From: Octopus sinensis
Taxonomy: Eukaryota
Length of the DNA: 64,000 bases
NCBI RefSeq assembly: GCF_006345805.1
Contig: NC_043007.1
Location: forward strand, 73,842,001-73,906,000
Reading direction: 5' to 3'
A program made the position numbers and the translations under genes. Below the pieces are notes generated by a model, which did not search any database, was not told the DNA's origin, and was given only the letters and a program-made list of their open reading frames with translations. Positions 23,976 to 36,069 of this stretch are shown in pieces; position 1 is the first letter of the stretch; each line of letters begins with the position of its first letter.

Positions 23976-24435
23976 AGCAATAATAAATCTCTGAATGAGA
24001 TGTAAACAGTAACTGCTCAACAACGTAAAGTATAATAGCCATCTCAATATGGCTAACCACTAAGAGTGGGTGTTACTGTAGCTTTTAGCCCTAGGAGATC
24101 ATCGTCTCCAGCTGGCTTTAGGCACACTTTCTGTGCCCTTATGGTATTTGCAAAGGGAGGTCATCCCTCTCTCGTAAGCCTAAGTAATACGCACGGACCG
24201 CAGTTTCGAGGTATTTGCCGCTTGTCAACGAATGGTAATCACTGGTTTACGATGAAAAGGAAGACCTGTTTGCAAATACTTATGGGTTTTTCTAGTAACT
24301 TCCGTCACTGATTTCGAAAAACTGTCTGCAAGCAATATTAAATCTCTGAACAAGATGTAAACAGTAACCGCTCGACAACGTAAAGTATAATAGCCATCTC
24401 AATATGGCTAACCACTAAGGGTGGGTGTTACTGTA
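23976..24435 (-). mobile_element. Retrozyme-like element: 1.3 copies of a 355-nt unit containing a hammerhead-like motif
   Basis: 105-bp direct repeats at 23976-24080 and 24331-24435 (period 355). The hammerhead-like motif is at 24188-24237, and the left end abuts (TA)n. Confidence 0.65.
24188..24237 (-). ncRNA. Type I hammerhead-like motif with U3-A8 covariation
   Basis: Minus strand reads TACCATTCG-TTGACAA-GCGG-CAAATA-CCTC-GAAA-CTGCGG-TC-CGTGCGTA. It has a GUC triplet and a near-palindromic stem III (ACTGCGGT). Confidence 0.6.
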
Positions 24436-24449
24436 CCGTATGCACACAC

Positions 24450-24480
<31 letters not shown>

Positions 24481-25264
24481 TGCGCGCGCACACACACATA
24501 CACACACACACACACACGTGTGGTTGGCATTAGGAAGGGCATCCAGCTGTAGAAACCATGCCAAAACAGATGTGGAACCTTTGAAACTCTTCAGCTGGTC
24601 AGCTTCTGTCAAACCATCTTGCCCATGCCAGCATGGAAAACGGATGTTAAATGATAATGATGATACATTGCATGTGTGTGTCTCTGAATCTGTGTTTGTC
24701 CTCCTTACACCACTTGAAGACCAGTGTTGGTTTGTTTGTCTCTAGCTTAATGGTTTGACAGAAGAGACTGATAGAATAAGTACAATACTAAAAATATAGT
24801 ACTGGGATTGCTTTGTTTAACTAAAAATCCTTCAAGTTGATGCTCCAGCTTTGTCACAGTGAAACAAGTAAAAGATAGATGAAGGATATTATTTTTACAA
24901 AATGTCATTTGTTAGTAAACTGATCTTTTAATGATTTTTATTAGTTTTTGTTTAATATCTGATTGAGTTGATTTATGTATGAAAACCAATCTTGGCCTGA
25001 CCATCCCATTTTTTAGAGATATCTAGAAGATTCCATTATCTAATACGTCCTTTTTCCTTTTAAGAAGTGAGCATGTAATATGAAGGCAACATAGCCACTA
25101 TTTCTAGCAGGTTGAGTCCTCATATAGAGGACTCGCTTGTTGATTGTTTCTGTTTAACATACATAATTAATGATTCTTATTTGTGGTAGTTTTATAGAAA
25201 ATATCATTATTTTGATACCCTGATAATTAGAAATAGCTTTAATAACATTCAATTATTATTAGAC

Positions 25265-25690
25265 TCAAGGCAGCACGCTGGCAGAATTGTCAGCATCCTG
25301 GACAAAAAGCTTTGCAGTATTTTGTCTGTCCTTATGTTCTGAGTTGAAATTCTGCTGAGGTCGACTTTGGTTTTCATCTATTCAGGATTAATAAAATAAA
25401 TACCAGTTGATCACTGGGGTTGATGTAATCAACTGGTCTCCTCCCCTTAAATTTTAGGCCGTATGTCTATTGAAGAAAGAATTGTTAGACTCGAGTAGGT
25501 GGTGAGCTAGCAGAATCATTAACATGCTGGGCAAAATGCTTAGTGGCATTTCGTCTGTCTACATTCTGAGTTCAAATTCTGCCACGGTTGACTTTACCTT
25601 CCATTACTTTGGGGTAGATAAAATAAAGTACCACTCAAGCTTGTCTCTTCTCCTCAAAATTGCTGGCCTTGTGCCAAAATCAGAAAGAGT
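25265..25690 (+). mobile_element. Two SINE family B copies (strongly CpG-decayed)
   Basis: ggcagaattgt...ctgagttgaaattctgctgaggtcgactttgg; consensus CpGs appear as TG or CA. Confidence 0.8.
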
Positions 25691-26029
25691 TATTAAACTT
25701 AAGAAATAGTTAGTTTTAATATGGTCACAGGTTAGTTTGTTATTGAACAGACCTGTGACTTGCAGATTTCCAGTTGAATGACCACGCATGACCTATAAAT
25801 CTGTTGTTTCTGGTATACTGTGCTTGTGTGTTGCTGAGTATATTGCATGCTCTGACATCCAGTGATTTATTCTTGTGTCATTGACCTTTATATCTTAAAA
25901 AAGAAATACAAAGAAACCAGTTAAATATTTCTGGGTGCAGTAGTTGAAGGAAAAGGTTGTGATTGTTGTTCATTTTGAGGTTAGCCTCAATAGCATTCTG
26001 GTTACTCTGCAAGTGTAAAGGCATTTATT

Positions 26030-26207
26030 CACATATTTTTTCAAGTAGTCATGCATTATCTTATGACTATGAGCTTTTGCTGATGTGATTGTTTATTGTT
26101 AGAATGACATTGTGGGGTAAGTGTGAGAGACTAGATCTGGCTGGTTTGAACATAAAACAGAACATCTGACAGGCCTGATATGGTTGGTTTAAATGCTAAA
26201 GGGTTAA
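26030..26207 (+). mobile_element. piggyBac-type MITE, partial
   Basis: Ends tttaaatgctaaagggttaa. Confidence 0.7.
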
Positions 26208-26673
26208 AGAGCAGACCTGTAATTAAAGGTACTGCTGCAGTGATTATCTCACCTGTTTCTCAGATTGTGTATCTTGGACTGCATCATTCAGTGTATCTTT
26301 TTCTTACTTAAGATGGTGGGGCATGTTTTGAATTGGGAGTGAAGATTTGACTGCTATTTCTACCTGTTTAAATGACCACATAAAGGCACCTTCTTTGTTC
26401 AGTCTTGTGGATTAGAGATTCACAAACTTGTGGGTAGTTTACAGGATTATTTTTTAAAGATGGTGGTGGGGTGGGAGAATATATTTTGCTTGTCATTAGA
26501 CTGTGTGGCCATAATGGAGCACTGCCTGGAAGAATTTTTAGTTGAATAAATTGACACCACTATTCCATTAGTGTCTTTTGCTGAACTGCTGAGTTACAGG
26601 GATGTGAACCCACAAACACTGGTTTTGAAGTTTCTTGTTTTTATTAATCATAATTCTTCTTTTCCTTTTGAAG

Positions 26674-27616
26674 GATTGAAATGAATGGCAAAGAGGATAT
26701 ATTCTCTGACTTCAGTGAAAAATTACGACGCCATGTGGAACAATGTATTGAAAAGTTGCAAAAATTTCCTCCAGTTACTTACAAGCAAACCCTTTTGACT
26801 CTCTTCACAACATGGGATCATCACGATTCTAAGAAAGAACTCCATGAAAACACCGTCCGTAATTGGCTTGCATTTGGTCCGTCCGTCAAGGTGATTGTCT
26901 TCTCTGCCAATCCTGAGACAAGAATCTTCTGTGAAAAGATTGGTTGCAATTACCAGTATATCACTGTTCAGCGTGTAACTGGAGTGCCTTTATTGAAATC
27001 AATGTATTTAGAAGCACAGAAATCATTTGATAGCTTTTTTTATGCATTTGCCAATGCGGATATTTTATTTGAAGCAAATCTAATCAAGACATTGGAACGT
27101 GTTTTGTATATGTTTAATAATACAGAAAAGGCAATTTTGATAATTGGACAACGGACAAATGTTATGAATGTTACCAAAGAAGAGGCTGTTCCAGTTAATT
27201 CTGTGACTAAAATTGCCCTGAATCGTGGAACTATATTCCGAACTGATGCTGAAGATTATTTCATTACATCAAAGCCATTTCCATGGAAAGCATTTCCAGA
27301 TTTCATTGTTGGAAGTCCAGCATATGATAATTGGTTAGTTGCATATGCTATTCATAATAATTTCTTGACGATAGATGCCACAAATTCTATCATAGCTGTA
27401 CATCAGACCACGAGGTCTGGAAACTATGATGGGCATCATAAACACTTTACGGATTATAATCTTAAATTAATTAGAAAAATACGCTCACGGGTTAATGTCC
27501 TTGCTGGACACACAATTTGTACAAAATATTTTGCTCAAAAAGACTTTTGTGGGCTCACAGAAATTATTCAGCGCAGAACAAATCCTTGTGCCAAGCCAAA
27601 ATCCAGAAGAGGATGA
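26674..27616 (+). CDS. Exon 2: single-exon catalytic domain of an uncharacterised glycosyltransferase-like (GT-A type) protein; full spliced product 382 aa
   Basis: A pyrimidine-rich acceptor ttcttcttttccttttgaag|G at 26674 is in phase with exon 1. The 311-aa ORF is uninterrupted and repeat-free. Motifs are LTLFTTW, YAFANADILF (DxD-like NxD after a hydrophobic strand), IIGQRTN, AEDYFI, PAYDNWLV and AVHQTT. Family assignment comes from motif pattern only, not from a search. Confidence 0.85.
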
Positions 27617-27644
27617 TGGATATATATCTATTTTTGGAAAAAAT

Positions 27645-27733
27645 AATAAAGTTGTATAAATCACCACACACTTTAAAAAAAAAGAACAACAAAAATTCAA
27701 TAAATTTATTTTATATGTTTATTTTACAATAAA
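27645..27733 (+). promoter_or_regulatory. Candidate polyadenylation signals
   Basis: AATAAA at 27645, 27699 and 27728, just after the stop codon, followed by a T/GT-rich stretch. Confidence 0.5.
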
Positions 27734-30010
27734 AAATTATTGAAAGTTTTGTTAGAGCACTGTGTTTTGCTTGGTCCTACCAATCAACAGCACATGTTTG
27801 GGCATCAGGTCATTGGTAATATATAATTTTAAAAAATCATAATTTTATAAAAAATTTTGGACCAGACTGTTCAGTAGTTTCACTTCAGAGCATTTCTGAA
27901 TGATGGGCAACTCTACAGTAAGGAAAATATTTGTAAATAACTGAAATTGCTTAAATTATAGTCTTGGTGCCTGACAATTCCTTGATTCCATGACAAGTGT
28001 ATTTTCCTGTTATATAACCCCTAAATGCTGTGTTTCTGCTGATGTGATGTCAGTGTTGTGTTTGAAATTGACAAAAGTTAGCAATATTTTGAGAAAGGTT
28101 AATAATTTAAATTTTGGTGTTTGATTAATATTTTGTCTTATTGAAACTATGATGTAAATGGTAAAGGAATGAATCTACAGGAAATATTCTATGTCTGTAT
28201 AAAGGTTATTCACTGAACCTATGAAGTCTTCATTTATCGCTTATTATCAAATTTGAATACATCTGAAAATACATCCAAATATCTTCTGTAACTGATTTCG
28301 TTAGTGTCATTTTAACCATTTCTATGGCTTTCATTTAACATCTTTGAATCCATATTTTTGTCTTCATTTTTATGTTACATTCCTTTTTCACTATTCCAGC
28401 ATGTATATGTTTGGTGATGCTTAAATATGTTATTACATACACATCATTAACAGCTTCTCCTAACAAGAATTCATGTGAAAAAAACCAGAGATCTCAGTCT
28501 AATTTTTTATGAGTCACTCTTATATTTGAGTAATTCTTATTGCTACAAGTGAATCTGGTACTTACAAATTACTCTAGTATTTACCAGTGACTCTGGTATT
28601 GGTATAACATTATGACTTACTGAAGGGATATCCTTCTTGAAGAGATGTGTCAAATACCCAGTCACTTAACTCTTTTAGCATCCTCCCATATGATCTATGG
28701 TTGGCTGGCTTGGTTTCAAGGTTGACCTTAATAATTAGAAACATCTCAATGTCATCATAGAAGAGTAATTACACCAGTATTTAATTGGTAAACACTTATG
28801 TGAACTTTACATTTAGGTAGGAAGTCATATTTTCTTTTGTTTCATTTGTTCAACAAGTCCCTGTGTTTAAATACACTGTTTTTAGTAAAATGGGTGCTAA
28901 ACATATTTAATGCAATTAGCTAAGAAACTGTAATTAAATACAATTTCACTTATACTGAGAAGAAATAATCATCAGCTAAATGATAAATTCTGGTCAAGAA
29001 AGGCATGGGACACATTCCTGGAATTAAATTCAAATTAATAAAAAAAAATATATAGAATACAGTATTGGAGTGTTATTACAGAGTTACTTTACCTTTAGAT
29101 CCACATTTAATTCATAGAAATTAATCTTTAGGGTTAAAATAAAGGTCTTGGACAGACTCTCCTTGAAAATAAGGGGGGCCATGGTTGAAATGTCTGGTCA
29201 TAGATCTCAGAGTTGACATAGAGCTAATCAACAAGATGGAATGGTCCTGTTTGGAATACTTTGATCATGTCTTCCTTATCAGTGTTAAACAAAAATAAGA
29301 TTGGATGGTCACAAATGGATTGCCTTAATCATGTGTCTGATCAATCCTGTGATTTAAGTATTGAAAAATCCAAATAACATTGTCTTTAAAAAAAACAATA
29401 ATAGAGGCAAATTAAAAAGAAATATTTTATGCTTAAATGAATAAATACCAAGGAATTTTTTGCTTAACCTTTTGTCAGTTACTAATCTCTTTTCTTTGTG
29501 AGAAGACGTCTTGGCTTTGTAAAGAATATTTGGTTAACACGAAAGGTTATTTGAGATTGTATATATTAACCTTTGTAAAAAATGAGAAGCTGTGTGTTGT
29601 TGCTCGAGATGGAGAACTGTTTTGGGTAAAATAAATATAGAAAAATATCATCCATCATCTTCACCATCATTTGGTATTTAATGTTGGATGGTTTGATAGG
29701 TTCTGATAGATCCAAGGCCTGCATCATATTCCAGTATCTGCTTTGGTATGATTTCTAGGGCTGGATGTCCCTTCCTAATGCTATCCACATTACAGAGTGT
29801 ATTTGTCTCTGGTGCTAATGAGGTGATCGTGCACTATGCAAGACTACAAAATGTGAGTGGGGGATGTAGGCTTTCTGCTGGGAAATGAGGGTTAAGTTAC
29901 AAGAGAAAGGAGTGGGGCAGAGCTGGTTTTTGTTACAGTGGAGCTACATGGCTACCAACAATTAAACAGGAGTTGCTTTAGGCTTTTTCATTACTTAAGA
30001 CTACCAAAAA

Positions 30011-30423
30011 TGGATCTTTTCGGTTTTAACCGCAGTTTTTTCTAGAGGTGTCATATAAAATTGTCACCCATAATTATGACCCTAGTATCGATCTATTGCA
30101 TTTCAATCTGTTTTAGGGTTAGGGGTGGGGGGAAGGGTATCTTTTTTCTTCACAAATGTAAATAAACCCAATCTGTTTCTTAAACGAGGGACATATTCAT
30201 ACGGCACAGAATGTATTTTACTTCAATAGACGTCATTGAGTGGTTGAAATTGCAGAAAATGAAGAAAAAAGAACAACTAATATCTTACAAACTATAGAAT
30301 TTTCTCAATAAAGCCAAGAGAAAAAGATGTTTTATAAACACATTCTACCAGTATACGAAGTTTAAAAGTGTTTAGTTATATGGGAATTATTTTAAAAAAC
30401 TGCTTTTCAAACTGAAAAGATCC
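30011..30423 (+). mobile_element. ~410-bp MITE with ~28-bp TIRs (GGATCTTTTCGGTTTGAACGGCAGTTTT)
   Basis: Near-identical copy at 43635-44035. One end appears in reverse orientation at 36833-37010. Confidence 0.85.
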
Positions 30424-30709
30424 CAAAAAACTATTCTAATTCCCAAGTAAGACAAATTCCATCAGAATCTGGTTCTTTGAAATACCTGGTGGTTGACAGT
30501 ACAAAAATTCTAAAAGTGATCTGTCTGAAAGTGTCATATAAGACCTCTCTTAGTTTCATTGTTGTGGTTCTTTTTGGACAGCTTTGATCTTCAATTCTTT
30601 AGTTAGACCTATGACACAGGTTTAGTGTCTCTCATATGCTTATTATATGATGCCTGACCTATTGACTTGAGACAAACTTCATTGTTTTAAGGCTTGAGGC
30701 TTTAAGACA

Positions 30710-30927
30710 TGCATTCAAGTTACTCTGTCAAATGTAAGACTTGTTCATCCACGTTATTTTAAATTAATTCTGCATTATTACATAGCTACAAAATTTCAAT
30801 GATGTGATTGTTTATTTTTAGATTGACATTGTAGGGTAGGTGTAAGAAGCCAGATCTGGCTGGTTTGAACATAAAACAGGTAGAATATCTGTACCAGATA
30901 AGGCCACTTAAAATACTAAGTGGTTAA
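30710..30927 (+). mobile_element. piggyBac-type MITE, degenerate
   Basis: Same family as 22290-22731; ends ..tactaagtggttaa. Confidence 0.65.
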
Positions 30928-31834
30928 ACATGTGATCCATAATCTAAAGACTATAGGGAAAGTTTGCTGCTGTTAATGTGAAGGAAATTTCCTGTGGTAC
31001 TCAATTTCAATTCAGTACCAATATTTTCCACAATACAATTAAATTACTTTTTACAAAAAATAGACTGGAATAGTATTTACCACATCTCTTACAAATACTG
31101 TTGTGGTTGTTGACTATTTTGTATTGTGGTTCAAACTTAAAACTGGGCTTCATTCAACATTCTACTTCTTTTCATTCCATATTCATCACATACTATATTA
31201 ACATGTTATACTAAAATGCATAGACTTCCTGATAAGGATTCAAACACTTTTTTGCTTGTGGATGTTAATTTAAGCATCATAGTGACTCTGGCAGACATTA
31301 TATAATATTATATATTACAGGGTGACTGATAAGCACTGATGTATATAAATACAAACTTGTTACCAGTTCAAATATGCCTCATGCATCTTTGAACTGGTAA
31401 CAGTTAATATTATATTTTGTTATATATTATAAAACATAATATTATATATTACTATAATAATATACCATGTCTGCTGGAATAATATATTATAATTTGTCAT
31501 TTGTGTTGTTTGTTCATTACCCGTCCTGTTCTCAACAAAATATGGCATTATGTTTTTTTAGTTGAGTACCCCGTTGTCATAAATATTCCATTGATCTACA
31601 ATTTATTTTAATCCTTTTGGTACCAATTCACCTGAAATGACTCCTGGTTCTGTGATACAAAACTGTCTATTTTAAAGTGCTCATATTTAATTTCAAAACT
31701 TCCATCATAAATGTTAGAATATTTTCCTAAGTCATCAGCTTAATAATGAAAATGTTATTTTATGAATACTTTCAAAATTTTAATTATTTTCAAAGATAAT
31801 TGAAGTGCATAAGCAGTATATTTCATTAATCCTT

Positions 31835-32048
31835 CAGAATTCAGATTGCTCTGTCTAATGTAATGTTATTTACATTGTTTTGAATTAATCATACATTATC
31901 TTGTAGATTTAAGATTTCGATGATGCATTTGTTTACTTTTAGAATGACATTGCAGGGTAGTTGTGAGAGGCCTGATCTGGTCAGTTTGAAAACAAAACAG
32001 GTAGAATGTTTGGGCTAGATATAGCTGGTTTAAATGCTGAGGGGTTAA
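31835..32048 (+). mobile_element. piggyBac-type MITE, degenerate
   Basis: Same family; ends aaatgctgaggggttaa. Confidence 0.65.
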
Positions 32049-33081
32049 AAATATTGTATGAAATAGTTAAGGATGGCAGTAAGATGTATAAAATATTGTG
32101 TTTTCTTCCATTCATTTGTGAGGATTTTTCTTCAGTGGTAATTATAATGACAATATGTTACTCTGGTACTGGTATCTTTTGTGGTTGCCTTGTCTGGATA
32201 TAACAACAGCTAAACTTGTTGCTGATTATTCTGTTGTGGAGTGTGCACTGGTTGAAAACAATATTCTTCATATCTGCACTTATGTGAGTGTTGTAATGTT
32301 TCTACTTGTGGAAGTCACATGTTAGTTAATAACTGAAAACATTTGAAGTTATATCATAAAAAAAAAGAGATTATGAAAAGAAAGACTTTACTAACTAACA
32401 ATTAACCCTGTTTCTCACTGGGGATATTTGCAAGGTCACTTGACTGTAAATAAACTTGTTCCAATACCAACTTATTCATTATTGTTCCATAATAACACAA
32501 GTGTATTGTACCAATCATGGAACTATTGTCCAAAGTGAATTAGTTGTTTCAAGAAAAAGTATCTTTTTACACCTTCATAAACGACATTTTATAATTAAAT
32601 CCCCAAACCAAACTTTTATTCACAAATGAAAACAATCAGTTGTATATTGTATTCTTTGAATGGATTTTTACCAAACTGACATGAAATTTCTCTTACAATA
32701 TTATTGGTTTTTTACTCTCCTACTTGCATTTGGCTGATGTTTATGATACCATAAAATATCCTCAACAAATATCTGAAAATTTTTTCCTGTTTTACATTTA
32801 TTTATTTTTTACCTTGTTGATTTTTTTTTTCATGACAGACCTAAGCAAAAGACCTAAGCAAATATTGAATTTGTTGGCTGTCAAAATAATTGGACTTTCA
32901 AACTCTATTACAACTATTCTCTTTCTCTGTTTTTGTCTTCCTTGTTAAAAATTAACCCTACTCCATCTCGGTGAATATTAAGAAGGTAATAATAAAATAA
33001 ACTTACTCCAATAATATGCAAGTATTCCAATTTGGAAAAAAACAAAACAAATTTCTTTATGCTTGTTAAAATGGATCAAAC

Positions 33082-33112
<31 letters not shown>

Positions 33113-33114
33113 TT

Positions 33115-33935
33115 AAGGCAGTGAAACTGGCAGAATTGTTAGAATGCTGGACAAAATTTCTGTTAAGGTCAACTTTGCCTTTTGTCCTTTCAGGGTTGAT
33201 AAAATAAGTACCCTTTGAAATGAGTAACTGATTTATCCCCTCCCCTGAAATTGCTGGCCTTGTGCCAAAAGATGAAACTATTATTATTATTATTAAGGTG
33301 GTGAGCTGGCAGAAATTTTAGCATGCAAGGCAAAATTCTCAGTGGTATTTTGTCTGTCCTCATGTTCTGAGTTCAAATTCTACTGAGGTCGACTTTGCCT
33401 TTCATCCTTTCAAGGTCAATAGAATAAGTACCAGTTGAGCACTGGGGTCGATGTAATTGACTAGCCACCTCCAAAATTTCAGGCCTCGTACCTATAGAAG
33501 AAAGGATTATTATTATGGTGACAAGCTGGGAGAACTGTTGGTGCACCAGGCAAAATGCTTAACAGTATTCTTTACGGCCCTTTTCATTCAGAGTTCAAAT
33601 TCCATTAAAGTCGACTTTGTCTTTCATCCTTTTAGGGTTGATAAAATAAAGTACTGAGGTTGATGTAAGAGATTAGGTCCCTTCCCCATGATTTCAGACC
33701 AAAGCTATTGTCTACTGCTATTATTCAGGTGGTGAGCAAGCAGAATATAACTATACCAAACAAAATGCTTTGTAGCATTTCTTCCATTGGCTTTTTATGT
33801 TCTAAGTTCAAATTCTGCCATAGTCAACTTTTTCTTTCACCCTTTTGTGGTCAATAGAATAGGTACTAGTTAAGTACTGGGGCCCAATGTAATCAAGTAA
33901 CACCCTCCTGCTAAAACTGTTGGCCTTGTACCAAA
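33115..33935 (+). mobile_element. Cluster of about five CpG-decayed SINE family B copies separated by (ATT)n
   Basis: Repeated aaggtggtgagctggcaga...gagttcaaattc...gactttgcc..catcc...aataagtacc. Confidence 0.8.
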
Positions 33936-34289
33936 ATTAGAAAGAATTCATCATCATTTAACGTCCGTTTTCCGTGCTAGCCAGGGTTGGACAGTTCGAC
34001 CGGGGTCTGGGAAGTCAGAAGGCTGCACCAGTCTCCAGTCTGATCTGGCAGTGTTTCTACAGCTGGATGCCCTTCCTAACGCCAACCACTCCGTGAATGT
34101 AGTTGGTGCTTTTTACGTGCCACCGGCACAGGTGCCAGGGAAGGCTGGCAGCGGCCACGATCGGTTGGTGCTTTTTACGTGGCACAGGAGCCAGTCAAGG
34201 CGGCACTGGCTTATTGTTATAATTTCTATTTCACTTCTCAGAGCTGTTGATTTTACATTCTCCAGTTAATTCTGTTAGAGCAGACAGCA

Positions 34290-34900
34290 ACCAATTGTCA
34301 AAGGCCTCACAGAGTCTCTTTCCACAATACTTAACACCAATCTCAAAGCCCTCTCTGTCTCCAATAGAGTAGTTTTCTGAGCATGTTCTACTCTCATGTC
34401 CGGTCCAATTTCCCCAATATATTTCTCAAACCCGGTTGTTAGTGTTCCCAGTGCCCCTACAACTACTGGGATGACAGTTACTCTTCATTGTCCATATTCC
34501 TTCAATTTCGTCTTTTAGTAGCTTGTAGTTTTCAATCTTTTTCAGTTCTTTGTTACCTTTGTACTCACGCATCTCCATGTATGGCAATATCTATGATCTT
34601 GGTTTCCTTTTTATTCAATACAACAATGTCTGGTCTCTGAGTATCAATCACTGAGTCACATTTGATTGTAAAATCCCATAAGATCTTATACTCATTATCC
34701 ACGGTGATGCCTTCTGTGTTCTTTCGAGACCGTACTTCTCACACTATCCCCAGTGAACAAACTTAGCTATATTATCATGTCTCTTTTTGTATTCCTTTTA
34801 GGCCAGTTTGCTACACTCACTCACAATTTGTTAGATTGTTTCGTTTTTTGCTGCCATACATCCTATAAAGGGTCTATTTGGAACTTTGTGTAATTACTTC
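34290..34900 (-). mobile_element. R4/Dong-clade LINE 3' fragment (REL endonuclease domain)
   Basis: Minus frames give ECSKLA*KEYKKRHDNIAKFVHW, YKILWDFTIKCDSVIDTQRPDIVVL and VIPVVVGALGTL. Confidence 0.85.
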
Positions 34901-36069
34901 CCAGAGTTTGTTCCTGGACGCTGAATATCAGTGCCTTGGTACATCCTTTCAAGTACTTTTTCTTAGCCACCTCCCGGCATTGGTCTCATTTGTAGTAGAA
35001 TTGTTAGAACGTCAGTTGAAATGCCTTGCGAAATTTATTATGGTTATATATTTTCTGAGATCAAATCCTGCTGAGGTCAATTTTACCTTTTCCCTCTCTG
35101 GGGTTAATAAAGTAAAATACCTCTCTAATACTGGGTCCACTTCACTCAAAATTGCTGACTTTTTTTTTTGGTGGAGGGTCGAATGCATTGGCCTCAAGAC
35201 ATAACTGATACTTATTTTATCAACACCAAAAGGATGAAAGGCAAAGTCATCCTCGGTGGAATTTAAATCAGAATGCAAAAACAGACGAAATTCCACTAAG
35301 CATTTTGTCCAGCACCTTAATGATTCTGCCAATTCGCCCAATTTCCAGCATAGATAGAAAGCTTCAAATTTGAGGAGTGGAAATCGATTAAATTGCCTCC
35401 AGTGCATGACTGGCACTTTATTTGCCATTCCCAGACTCAAAATATAGAGCCAGAAAAAGTACGCACTTTGTCTAACATTATAATGATTTTGCCAAATAAT
35501 TGTAAGAGAAAACAACAGGTGTCTAAAACACAGAGAAAAGGTGCCATGCTACTGAACGACTTAATGACTATGAAATAGAGCAACGTGTCCTTCAGATCAA
35601 TGCTGGGTTTCTACAAACCCGAGAAAAATGTGATACGAGGAAGAAAATAATTTATTATAACGTCAAACAAAAACATTAAGGTATTGGAAACGCTTTAGTT
35701 TGGCCAACGAATAAAAAAATGTTCTTAAAGGCATTTTGAGTGTAGCCAGTTTCAATAAAACTAGCAGCAGATGGGAAGAGTCGCGGGACACACACAGCCG
35801 ATCTAGGTAGTGATTCTTCATCCAGCTTTTAAACAGTTTTCCTTGTTTAAATTTTATCTTGTGTTCATTATTGTATATTTTTAAATATAATTTTATATTT
35901 ATTTTGTGTTATTTAATCCTCAAAATTTTAAAATAATCATATAATATTCTCGTTTCAGTACAAGTTTGTCTTGTCCACCCTCAAGTTTTTACGTTATATT
36001 TGTATGTATATATGAGCCCTTGTGACAAATAAAGAAATTATTATTATTATTATTATTGTTGTTGTTATT

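Noticed and set aside
24055-24140. Possible HDV-like or twister ribozyme in the structured 105-bp repeat and adjacent hairpins
   Set aside because: Hairpins are present, but I could not assign the nested double pseudoknot (P1/P1.1/P2/P3) or the twister core.
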